Below are positions 10,536 through 22,485 of a stretch of DNA of 64,000 nt, piece after piece. Position 1 is the stretch's first letter, and each line of letters begins with the position of its first letter. The position numbers and the translations under genes were made by a program. The stretch is from the NCBI GenBank assembly GCA_030390025.1, contig CM059431.1, positions 113,772,001 through 113,836,000 of the forward strand, written 5' to 3'. Source of the DNA: Squalus acanthias (Eukaryota). The notes under the pieces were generated by a model that was given only the letters and a program-made list of their open reading frames with translations, was not told the origin of the DNA and did not search any database.

Positions 10536-12253
10536 GGGTCCGCGATTTCCCCTATCTCGGTGGGTCCAGTGCAGCCGGAGTCGATGGCAGGTCACGAACT
10601 TGCTGCTGGCTCCAGCCCGCTGTCCAAAGTGATTTTACATTGATTGGGCTTGTTAAGCCCGCCCAGCGCGTTTGCCGGCCAATTGAAGGAAGCGGCTCTG
10701 ATGATGTCAATTGATGACACGTCATCAGCCGGTTTCCTTAAAGGGATCATGCGCAAATTGATTTTGACATTTGTGCTGTCAGTGTTCTACAGCACTGAAG
10801 TGCTGCTAACACTGAGGAGCACTGCACAGAGGTGCACGGCTGCACCCAGGCTCTCACATGACTCCCTCTATATGCTTATGGAGGGAGTCACAGCATGTAG
10901 GGAGGTTCTCATTCCTTCCAATGGGTGGAAGAGACCTCCCCAGGACACCAACGCAGTCTGGTTGCACATTGCACAGGAGGACACAAGCAGGGATGTCGTC
11001 AGGAGGACAAAATGCAATGGTGCAAACCTTCCAATAATCTCAGTAGATCACAAAATGTTACTGCAAAGCCACACTCAACCTTACCCTGCTGTGCCACTCA
11101 TCACATCCCCAACACTCTGCCTTCCCTACCCTATTCCTGCACATCCTTACTCACACCAACTTACCTTGTACCTCCACCCAGCCCTTTCTATCTGCATTAT
11201 CACTTCCCTATCTCAATAGCCAACTCTCACACTCACCCTCATCCTAGTCTAATCATACCTACTAACAACACACAAGGGTAGGCACTTGGGTGTTTTAGCC
11301 AATGTTCATGTGAAGTTTCTGTTAATGTGCTGTCAAACATTGAAATCTTTATTTTCAACACTTTGTATTCTTAGACAGATATGTGTGCCCCTTTGGAAGT
11401 GGCTTAGTGAGTTGCAGTGACTGGTGAGACATAACGGTATCCCCTGCAATGGTCATGAGTGTAAAAGAAATGGCTTGGGCATTGTAAGGATTCTTTATGG
11501 TGTTGGTGTGAGGTGGTGCCAATCTGGCACATCATGTGACAGCCAGGGTGTACAGTATCAAGTGAAGTAAATCTGGCTAGGGTGAGGCCATCCCTGGTCT
11601 CCCGGGCAGCAATGTGCTCAGGTGCTGATGCCGTGTCCTGTGCATCATCAGTTGATTGCGGAGAAGGTTGGTGTTGTTGGTGCTGCTGATGTGCCTGGTG
11701 CTGCTGGTGTTGGGGCTGATTGTGGTGGGATTCTGATGGAATAGATGGCAGATGAACTTGAGATGACAGAAGTGGTCTGTCAATGGTGAGAGAGGTTGTT
11801 CCAATAAGGTGACACTGGATAGAGAGTTTACTCCAAACACTTGCAACCTGCATAAAGCTCAATCTGTCTTCCAAATGCAATAAGCAATAGCTTCTGAGTG
11901 TGGAAAGTGAACAGCTATGAGATGGGAGCTTTTTAGCACATTTACAGCTATCAAGTAAAGAGATGATTTCATGGTAACACAACTCCTGACCTCCTTACCT
12001 GACATGATCCCCGAGCAGCGTGGACTCCGTGGGCGACCTCATAAAATTTAAAGGCGAGCTCAAAATACTTTTTAAGTGGCTCTTAACAAGGTCATAATGA
12101 CCTAAATTGCCTCCCCTGTTGCTGCGTGTCGGGTCTGTTCAGCATTGACAGACCCAACATCTGGGAAAGTCGCGTGGCAGCGGGTCAACAAAAAAAAATT
12201 CCCAACCGACCCGCCACCAAACGCGCTCGCCGACTCCCCGAAAAATTCCCCCC
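10536..12253 (+). mobile_element. 1.7-kb Harbinger internal-deletion derivative, copy A
   Basis: Myb exon-1 remnant on + (APRLSHDSL..LMEGV...W..IAQE), fused transposase N/C termini on -; colinear with 50501-52271. Confidence 0.85.
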
Positions 12254-15083
12254 AAAGATTGGGAAATACAAATGGGATTAAGGGAGAGTGACAAAAGAGA
12301 CAGACAGAAAAAGGGAATAAAAAATAATGTTACTTTTTAAAAAAAACTTCAACACTAATTTTCTCCTGAGGGAATGAGACTCCACACTTGTAAGATTAAA
12401 TTTTCAGGGCCAGAGAGGTTGTTCAGCAGTAATCATCACCTGTCATGCCATTAAAAACTCACTTACTCCTGAATGCACCAGCCCTAACTTTTTCTGCTAT
12501 CTTTAGTGGGGAACTAGTGAGCAAGTGCAGCAAGTTCGCGCCGTTGCATTCATTTCCATGCCGAGTCTATCGGCGAGGACTAAAACAGTGCACCCTGTGA
12601 AGGAGCGGGGTATCTCTGACAGAAACTTCCGGATTTACGCGTTTAACTGTGTATCCGTGGACGCGAGAAGTTGCTGTCAGTTTTATCCTGTTATAACGGT
12701 GAGCGCTGTTGTCCTCACCGTTATTATGTACACAAAAAATCCGGCCCATTATGAAAACTCTTGAACAAAATAATCCTTTAGGCATGACGGTGACAGGGTG
12801 GCAGTGAATTTTTGTTTCATAAAGGGAGATTGCAAATAGGCGGACACTGGCTGCTGATGGCTGCATTATTTGGTTCAGAACCACGAAAATCAATTTTGTG
12901 CTCATTCTGCATGATATGCTGGATTCTGTCAATGCTATTGCTTTCTTGAAGAAAGATACATTTCTGATCTCTTAATGGCAAAATTCTTTGAACACTTATA
13001 GTAGAATCAAGCCTAATATTCACAGTGTAGACATGTATTATGTATGGATGTATTAGTTTTCCTCGTTCATTGTATTTCACTAGGAAATGGTCATCAACTT
13101 TATTTCACTAGGTTGGGTGTGACATGCATATACCCCTTCATTTTTGCCGTTGCATCTAAATCTATCTTCTGTTTATTGTTCCGTCTGGAAGTGATAATGT
13201 GAGGCAGTATGATTCCCAAGTTGCAGGTGCTTCATACAGGAATGCTCAAAGTTGTTGCTGCCAAGATTAACCGTCCAATTGAGCAGTTTGGACACACTTC
13301 CTGATAGTTCCCACCCAGGAATCATTAAGCCTTCTGGTTTGGGGTGCACCATCCATTTTAATACAGCGGTAATTCCTGGGTTAATCATTGCAGTTTCTGT
13401 CATAGTTTTCTGTGCTGTTGGATTGCTTCAGTTTTTAAATTAATTTCTTTGGTGCCTAATCACTGTGTTATTACTCAACAGATATATTTTTGCAAATAAT
13501 CTAAAAGATCTTCGCTTTGTAAATTCAAAAATGTATTTATGCTACAAAAAGGGTCCAGGTGTGGAAAACAAGGTCCCTTTGGCTGCTGTTTTCTTCTCGC
13601 TGGTAGGTGGCACTGCAGCTATAGCAAGATCTTGCCGAATCCTTATACAAATGCTCTAAGAAGTTTTTAAATCCTTGTTAACACAGCAAATAAATGGGTA
13701 ATGTAGTGTAAATATACCCTTTACTTGAATGAAAAGATGCAAGTATGCATTAATAAGTGTATTGTAAAATATCCTTTCATATAACACATGGGGCCCATTT
13801 TTTCTCTCTCTCTCTCTCGTGATGGTGGAAAGCCTGTTACTGGAACAAATTCAGCTAAAATCTCGCACTGTGTTGCACTGAGGTGGTACTTTGACAACTG
13901 AAGTGCGATTTAATCACCACAGACGTGTTCTCACAATTCATAGCAAAGACCCAACAATGTGCCACCAAAGTGATGTTTTTACTTCTCACCCTTTTGAAAG
14001 AAAGAAGATCTGATCTTGAGGGATAAGTGTCTTACTATTATACTATGTTAATTTAAATATAATTACTTCGGGTTGAGAATCAGTAGGTTAAACCCTTTGC
14101 ACAGCTGCACAATGTTCCTCTGCAGTATTGATGTAAAAGCAAATATGTATTTACAAAATGCTCTGGTGAAAAGTAATATCAAATAATTTTCTCCAGGTAC
14201 AAAGTAACAAATTCAGTAGTGACTTTATGGCAGAGAAGAATGTGCATCTAATGTGTTAGCCACTTCATGTTTTTCAAATTCTGATCTTTCATTTTCTCTG
14301 CTGTACTTCATCATTTTATTTCATTCCATTTTGTTTCATTTGATTCACTATTACTCTACTTAACTTTCAACTTCAATGAGCAGAAATCTGTTTAAGGACT
14401 GTTTCCATTAAAATACAGAGCTTGGAGCAATGTCTTAAACAGCAGGACTTAGGACTTTTAGGGAAGGGAAATAGCAATTTGAATGGCAGGATTATTTATT
14501 CGTATTAATTTGAATGTTTGAAAACATTGACTGTAGTTTCCCCTACCACTACCTGCATCTTCCGACAGGTCCAGAGCATTAATTATCCTTCCGTAACTCC
14601 TAATACACCACATTAATCCTTCTAATAGGTCCTAGTGCCACTAAATACTCTTATCTCTACAAACCCCAAGGCTATCTTCCACCAGCTTTTCTTGCACTAT
14701 CCTCAACCACTTAAGCTGTTCCTCATCCTCTGTTCTCCCTTGCAGCCTATTAACATAATTTTCGGCTTCTTTATTGCTTCTGGCCTCTTGACCTGAACTT
14801 ACAGCACCTCTTGGTCCTCCTGATATTCTTCACTGTTCTCTTGGCTAGCTGTGCTCTTTAACACTCTTTAACAGCCCACTCAAGCTCCAGCCTCTAGTTT
14901 GATCCATTTTAGCAAGACAAAAGGTTACCCCCCAACCTATGTGATGGTAGTTCAGTGACAATGGCATTTTTTACATGCTGGTGTCATCCTCTGTGAAGAC
15001 AGCAGAATGATAGAACTGTGCCAAGGTACTTTTAAAATGAATTTGTACATTTATTTGTCTGCGTAGAAATCCTTATCAAGCCT

Positions 15084-15550
15084 TGTCAGCTATTGCTCAG
15101 TGGGTAGCACACTCACCTCTGAGTCAGAAGGTTGTGGGTTCAAGTCCCCCTCCAGAGACTTGAGCACATAAATCTAGGCTGACACTCCAGTGCAGTGCTG
15201 AGGGAGTGCTGCACTGCCGGAAGGTGCCGTCTTTCGGATGAAATATTAAACCGAAGCCCCGTCTGCTCTCTCAGGTGGACATAAAAGATCCCATGGCACT
15301 ATTTCGAAGAAGAGCAGGGGAGTTATCCTCGGTGTCCTGGCCAATATTTATCCCTCAATCAACATAACAAAAACAGATTAACTGGTCATTATCACATTGC
15401 TGTTTGTGGAAGCTTGCTGTCTGCAAATTGGCTGCCGCATTTCCCACATTAGAACAGTGACTACACTCCAAAAGTACTTCATTGGCTGTAAAGTGCTTTG
15501 AGACGTCCTGTGGTTGTGAAAGGTGCTATATAAATGCAAGTCTTTCTTTT
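15084..15550 (+). mobile_element. tRNA-headed DeuSINE-type SINE (SacSINE1-like), full length
   Basis: A box gctcagtgg, B box ggttcaagtcc, central 'aaaagatcccatggcactatt...gaagagcagggg', L2-like tail gctatataaatgcaag. Confidence 0.85.
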
Positions 15551-16043
15551 ATTAAACCTTTATCCACTTCATACCCAGTCGTTCTGGTATGGCCTTTTCA
15601 GGTCAGATAATGCTTAATCTGAGCCCTAGCCTCTGAAATCACTAATGTACCCACATGTCACTTCAATTTCCCACCATTCTTAGCTTTCTGATTGTGATTG
15701 TCAAATTTTAATCAATTGTCGGTTAATTGCAAATGAGCTTAATACAATGACCTCCCTTCTACAGAGACAAACAGGATCAGCAGTGTCCTCCTGCTGAATT
15801 TTGAGACGCTATAGTTGATGGTCATTGTGTGAAACTGAAAACCTACCCGAATAGTGCAAGACTTTTAGACAACAAGGGAGCAGGGGTAATTACCTCGCAC
15901 CAGACGGCAAAGAAATCGGAACATACTCATTGGGTCCATACTCATTCTTAGATGGCCAAATATCGGGCCACTAGGTAGAAAAATAAAACAGCAAAGAGGA
16001 AACATTTTACAGGCAAACTGATCCTGTAAAGCAAAGGGACATT

Positions 16044-16893
16044 GGGGGTTTACTTCAACTGCCGGCCACCTGTTTCTCACCTGCTGATCGGGGGCAGGGC
16101 ACCTGATCATCCCCCCATTGGCGTCCAAGGCCCACCTGATACAATTTTCAGACATGCCTGCAAATGGGCAAGCAGCTACGACTGCACGTTTGTGGCGGGA
16201 CACTGCTTAAATATGCAAATGAGTGTCCTACACCATTTGTAGGATCTCGATTGCAATTTTCGGGTGCAAATGGGCGGAGTCTGCGTGCCGCACAATCCAC
16301 CCATTCGTACCAGGCATTGAGCAGCCTAACCAGCGGCCCTTATAGGGGACTGCTGGAGGCCGCTCAAAAAAGGCTGAAGAATTTTTAATGTTGCATTTTC
16401 ATGGGTCCAGGAGGAGCAGGAGTGCCCACAAAAAAACTGTCCTGTTAGAACATAAGAACATAAGAATTAGGAGCAGGAGTAGGCCATACGGCCCCTCGAG
16501 CCTGCTCCGCCATTCAATAAGATCATGGCTGATCATCGACCTCAACTCCACTTTCCCGCCCGATCTCCATATCCCTTGATTCCCCCAGAGTCCAAAAATC
16601 TATCTATTTAGCAGCCAGTGCTTAACCACCGCACCACCCCCCCCCCCCCCCACCGCCCCCACTGCCTCTGGAATCGTTTCCCCCCCTCCACTCCCCCGGC
16701 CCGACCTACAGGTTGGTTCAGGATAGGTGCCAGTTTGTTTCCTGACCTCTCGCAACCATCGAGCTGCCTGCTTGGCATCTGCAGCTTGTTCGCGGCATTC
16801 ACATGAGGCCTGAGCCAAAATGGTTCAGATATCCTGATGCCAGCTTTGGGCGGGTGGTGCAGCCGTTTCAGGCAGTAGTTGAACATCGCCCCC
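16044..16893. mobile_element. Harbinger-type MITE containing a CR1 tail
   Basis: Imperfect TIRs gggggtttacttcaact / agttgaacatcgccccc; ATT TSD. Confidence 0.65.
16447..16607 (-). mobile_element. CR1 3' tail
   Basis: agaacataagaacataagaattaggagcaggagtaggcc, the reverse complement of the CR1 tail. Confidence 0.85.
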
Positions 16894-18034
16894 ATTGTAA
16901 CTCCCTATCCATGTTAATGATGCATGTAAACTGCCATTACACATGTAAGGAGGGATTGTTTGTTTCCCTGTGCATACATGCCAGCTTTTTATTAAAGGGA
17001 GGGTGAATCCAACCTGAAATAGCCACTATTACCCAGATGGTACAAGACTCCTGAAAGTTATTGATTTAGTTTTATATTATTTTAAGTAATCAAAAGGCAA
17101 ATTATGTGTAGGATGACACTTGTGCAGTAATACATTATCTAAACTCCAATTGTTCGCCTTCCTGTTTATCTGCTAAAATTATCCAGGGAAAAGCATTGCT
17201 CGAGACATCAGATTTATTGCACAGCCTACTATTTTGCTCTCTCTTTTACTTGCATTTAATCTTTTCTTGGTGAATAACATATTGTTATGTTTCTGTTATA
17301 TCATTCTTTAAAAGAACAGGCCAACCTGAAATGATCCCAACTGGGAAAAGTTTGGGTATTTGTCTCGTTTGTGTCACTCTACATTTGGAATTCAGCTCTG
17401 CTCAGATCCTTAATATCAAGATTATTATAGCCAGTTTGTTTGTTGGAGACAGGGCATCTCCACCAGTTGATATTAGCCTAATGCAAGTACTTGGAACAGT
17501 TCATTCTGGCAACCAAGTTACATATATGACACCGTCAGAGATCAGCATTAACAGAGACAATGACACATGTTGGATCTCAGCGGAGACATGCAGTCTGTCT
17601 CTGCCTTTCTTTCTTTGGATGTATTCCTGGCTTTTCCTCTCCTACCCTAGCAATAACATATTTTTACATCATTTCCAGACATTTCTTTTTACAAAATTTT
17701 GAAAGGAGTAATATTTGTGCTGCTTCCTTGTTGCCACTGTCAGTGATTCTGAGCCACGGTCCCGACAACATATCAAGCAATGAAAAACTGGTGCCACTTG
17801 GCAGACTGAATGAAAGGGGCCTTGACTTTGTACAGTTCTCCCAACCATATCAGTGGGGTTCAGAAGTCCTGCTGTATTGTTAATGGGAGGAATACAATCA
17901 ATTGCTATGGTTGAACACCACTCAACAACATTGGTGGCATTTGTCTGCCCAATATGTGCCCCATATTAAATTAATATTATTCTGCAAATCAACTTGGAAG
18001 CAAAAAAAAATCAAACGTGGTTCAACCGAGTCAT

Positions 18035-18205
18035 TCTTATTGCACAAATTGGCCGCTGTGTTTGCCTACAAAACAGCAGTGACTACACTTCATGAGTAAT
18101 TAATTGACTGTGAAGCACATTGGGACATCCTGAGGATGTGAAATGCTACATAAATGCAAGTTCCTTTCTTTCTTTCCTTCTTCCTTCATTCTTTCCTTCC
18201 TTCCT
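18035..18205 (+). mobile_element. DeuSINE-type 3' fragment followed by a (ttcc/tttc)n microsatellite
   Basis: caaattggccgctg...cagtgactacactt...ataaatgcaag. Confidence 0.65.
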
Positions 18206-19973
18206 ATTGTAGCAACTATTATATTTGTAACATAATGTAAACAGAACTCTTCGCCTTACATCATGAAGTCCATTATTTTGGTTTTAGAGGTGTGTGGATG
18301 TCAACTTACATAATGTCATCATGGCTGAGTCTAATGACACAGGCCCCACTGAGAAAAGACAAATTTATGAATTGTTAATGAATTAGTGCTGAGCTATGCT
18401 AAACAGAATTTTTCTTTTGCATTTTTTAAAAATTAAGTGCACATATTCATTCAAGGTCCTACTCTGAGCCCTGCTAAGTGGGAAGCATCATGCAGGATTT
18501 ATTGATTTTTGTGTATGTTTGGTGTTGCAATAAGAAATGTTCCTGTAATGAAGATATACATAACAAGTTGAATATATTTGGCGTATTCAACACTAATTAT
18601 ATCTCTGTTGTGTTGACAGATTGTTCAGTATTAATATTGCTCAGGTAGATTTACTAAATTTAATTTGACAATACAACAACGAAAGTCATAAATTAAATCT
18701 GTCTAAGTAGCCATTGATATAGTTTTCTACAAATCTCATGCCAATTATAGTTCTAAAGACAACCCACTCTTTCTTAGTAAAACTGCAAAACATGAACAAG
18801 TTGAACCAATGTGATTATCCCTCTGTTTTATGACAGACAAGATCTAATCAGTCTCTGAGGGAGTTTTCATCATGGGGAATTGTGGGTATACTTCACATTT
18901 CTTATCAAAGATATACTCTGCAACGTGTTCTTTTCTATTAAATTAGTTAAAAACCAGCACAGGTTATGTCAAAAAGCATTTAAAATGATGGAATCCTTTC
19001 TTGCTGTCCAGCTTAGGCAGCAGTTCAAATCCATCATGAATCAAATATAAATTTTCGCCATGTCCAGCTTTTGCCAAATAATCTATCTACTCTCTTTACA
19101 CATGCAATGTTCAAACAGTACAAGCTAATTTTTAATGCACTAAAGCAAACATGACAGCAGCTGAATTCTGCCATCCCTTTTATTGCATTGAGCAACAATA
19201 ATCTGAACTTTCTTAGAAAAGAGCAATATATTATAATTTTTAAAAATTCTATTTTTTGCTGTGATGCTTTTCTTGGCCAATAAAATCTGCGATACGCTGT
19301 CTTCCTAAATGAAGAAAACATGCTCAAGTTCACTGGTTTCAAAAACAATAGCTCTTGAGAATCAAATCGTAAAGGGGTTGAAAGCTACTTACTGGCTGTA
19401 ATCCTGAATTAAAAGGATTAGAATCAAGTCCTGAAGAAATCATAGTGAACCTAATTGAAGCTCTTCCCTTTAATCCTATGAGCAGAATTGCTTTGGTTAT
19501 CTAGATCTGTCAATTTGTTGAGCACCTTGGGAATGCAGTAGCACATCTGCATTCTATTGTACACTTCTTCCAAAGGACTCAATGAAATTTTTTTAACTCA
19601 TTTTGTAAAAAAAAATAATTTGGGAGCACTTTACTTGTATAATACTGTAGCAATTAAATTGAAATTTCGGGAAACACTGGGGATCTTGGACAATAGCACA
19701 AAATGGGCGATAGAAATTTTGGGCGGGGTGTAAAATGGGCTGCCGATTCACTATTGTCCATTTTGCACAACCATCCACGACTAATTTCACCCCACATAAT
19801 ATTTCATTTCCAACTCCTTTTATTCCATGGTGTTAAAATTTGTAGTAAAATTTCACAATCATGAATACAAATTGTTAATTTTAAAAGAGCATTTATTCAT
19901 CTGCATTTATGGCTGGAAGTCTCCATTAATTACAGCACAGGCATTACTTTATCTTAGGTGACAAGAAGAGTTA

Positions 19974-20842
19974 GGCCGTGATTTTCTCGGCACTGAGAGG
20001 GCGGGTTTGAAGGCGGGTCAAAGGTTAAAATCGTTTTGATTGACAGCGGGGTCCGATCCTGCCGTCAACCCGCCTCCAAACAATTTTCCCAAGTGGCGGG
20101 TCCCTGATTTGCGCATGGACCCAACACCTAGCAGTGGGAAGAGGATTAAAGCCACTTACCTGCCTGTTAACAGGTAGTTGAGAGTAGCTAACAGGCTCTT
20201 TTTAAATTTTGCCGCTTCTGCTTGGGTTCCCCGATGCCTGGACACCACACCAGGTAAGTGTGACGTGTTGTGAGTCTGGTGCAATGTTACTGCATTGATG
20301 ACAGCTGCAGAAGTGGGGTGAAGGATCCAATGGTGCACTGGTGAGTCTCAGAAGTAAGAAAATGTTGGGAAGATCATTTTTTATTAATTTACATATTTCT
20401 TTAGGTAACAAGTTTTGAAAACGATGTCTAGTGCCACCTCATTGACCTCTCTCACCAGTGACAGATCGCTCCTGTCACCTCACCTGCAGCTGTCATCTGT
20501 TCCAGCCTGTGGAAGGAGTTACTGGAGAGCCTGGGTGCAAGAGCTCACCTTTGTACAGTGATTGTCAGTGTTTGCAGTACCTCAATGCTGTCAAACACTG
20601 AGAAATGAGCTGTCAAAAAAAAATTGTGCATGGTCTCTTTAAGAAAGCCAGCAGATGACACGGCATCAAATGACATAATCTGACCGGCTTCCTGTTAATT
20701 GGCCCGCAAGCCCACAGGGTGGGCTTAACAAAGTCAATCAACGTAAAATCACATCCGTGGGCTGAGTACAGTTGGGGCTGGGGCTGGAAGCCGGAAACCA
20801 CCTGAACCGCTCCCAACCCGCATCCAATGACAAAATCTGGCC
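19974..20842 (-). mobile_element. Non-autonomous Harbinger element
   Basis: TIRs ggccgtgatttt / aaaatctggcc, TTA TSD; right part is the reverse complement of the left end of 10536/50501. Confidence 0.8.
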
Positions 20843-21554
20843 TTAGTCTGGTGGAATCTTTAAGCTTGAATCTCTATGAAAAGCCCAGAGATTTTCACAA
20901 TTACATCCATTATGTTCTTTCCCAACCTTTCCCTGCAAAGACTCAATTCCCTGCTTTCAGTTTCTTTGCCTCTTTTGTACCCATTATGATAATTCCTCTT
21001 CCTACATCAGTCCTTCAGAAATGTTTTTCCCTTTGCCTCTGTAGATCAAGAAAGTCCTTGATTGCATCCAACCTATTTCCCATGCCTCTGCATGCACTCA
21101 TTTTCCCTACCCTCACAACGATGACATGTTTCCTCTTGTTCTCACCTTTCATTCTACTCACCTTCCTCTCTGACAGACCACCATTGTTGGCATCTATAAG
21201 TTGATCCAGTACCCAAACCATTTTCTTTTTCCCACCCCTCTCTGCTTTCTGAAGGATTGTTGTCTCTGCCAAACTCTGCTTAATCTCCCATCATGCCCTC
21301 CACTGGCTACTCTTCCCAATGCATTTCCCCATGTAACCATAGTAGATGCAACACCTGTCCATTTGTTTCTGACCACATCATTTTCCAGGTCCCAAATACT
21401 CTTTTCATGCGATACAGCAATTTACAATTGCTTCATACTCTCTAGTATACTGTTTAGAGTGCAGCTTCCTCTAAATTGGGGGTACCATATACAGATTTGT
21501 TTAAAACATCTCTGTTTTGTCCACAAAAAGAAAATTGATTTATTGTAAAGTGCA

Positions 21555-21903
21555 ATGCCTGTTGTTATGTAGATAAACACAAGTCATTTTGCACACAGCA
21601 AGATAAAAAACAATGAGATGAACAAAGAGATAACCTGTCTTTTGGCGGTGTTGGTTCAGAGAGAAAGGTTGACCTGGACACCAGATGAACTCTCCATTAT
21701 TCTTCTAGCCATGGGATCTTAATACCTTCCCCCAAGCAGAAATACAGAACTTTGGTTTAATATTTTACCTGTGGATATACCAGCTTTTGTTACCACTGTA
21801 ATGGAGCACTACCCTAGATTAAGAAGTCACATCCCGGAGTGGGATTTATACCGATAACCTTTTGACTCAGGAGTGAGACTGCTACCAGGTGAGCCAAGAT
21901 GAC
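21555..21903 (-). mobile_element. Diverged DeuSINE-type SINE
   Basis: gccatgggatctt, tgactcag, gctacc..tgagcca in reverse orientation. Confidence 0.6.
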
Positions 21904-22009
21904 TCAAAAATGATCCCAATCTCCCTCTGGTTCACAACTTCAAGTCCTCCTCCCACATTCACTCTGATCTTTCTGTCTGTGGCCGCCTATTCAACTCCAA
22001 TGAAGCTCA

Positions 22010-22485
22010 AAACAACAACAACTTGTATTTATATAGCGCCTTTAATGTAGTAAAACGTCCCAAGGCTCTTCACAGGAGCGTTATCAAACACAATTTGACG
22101 TAAAGCCACATGAGGAAGTATTAGGGCAGATGTCCAAAAGCTTGGTCAAAGAGGTAGGTTTGAAGGAGCATCTTAAAGGAGGAAAGAGAGGGAGAGAGGT
22201 GGAGAGGTTTGGTGAGGGAATTCCAGAGCTTCGGGCCTTGGCAACTGAAGGCACGGCCACCAATGGTGGAGCGATTAAAATCGGGGTTGCTCAAGAGCCC
22301 AGAATTGGAGGAGCGCAGATATCTCAGAGGGTTGTAGGGCTGGCGGAGATTACAGAGATAGGGAGGGGTGAGGCCATGGAAGGATTTGAGAACAAGGATG
22401 AGAATTTTAAAATCGAGGCATTGCTTAACCAAGACCCAATGTAGGTCAGCGAGCAAAGGGGTGATGAGCGAATGGGACTTGAACA
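22010..22485 (-). mobile_element. L2 LINE 3' end
   Basis: (aac)n-ttgtatttatatagcgcc tail; ITPLLADLHW, GGRAFS..GPKLWNSL. Confidence 0.9.

Larger units (their letters stand above)
9368..12747 (+). mobile_element. Harbinger-type MITE (family of 60199-60920) split by two nested insertions
   Basis: Pieces 9368-9583, 10458-10535 and 12254-12747 are colinear with 60199-60920 (ctctacaggg, aaccaatcagattgaagaat, ggaatgagact, gccctaactttt); ends aaaatccggccc. Confidence 0.75.

Noticed and set aside
11404..11982. 192-aa Q/H-rich ORF as a novel gene
   Set aside because: Lies in a deletion derivative, and the frame is not preserved in the second copy
15084..15160. tRNA genes (also 41529, 56649)
   Set aside because: These are tRNA-derived SINE heads continuing into SINE bodies
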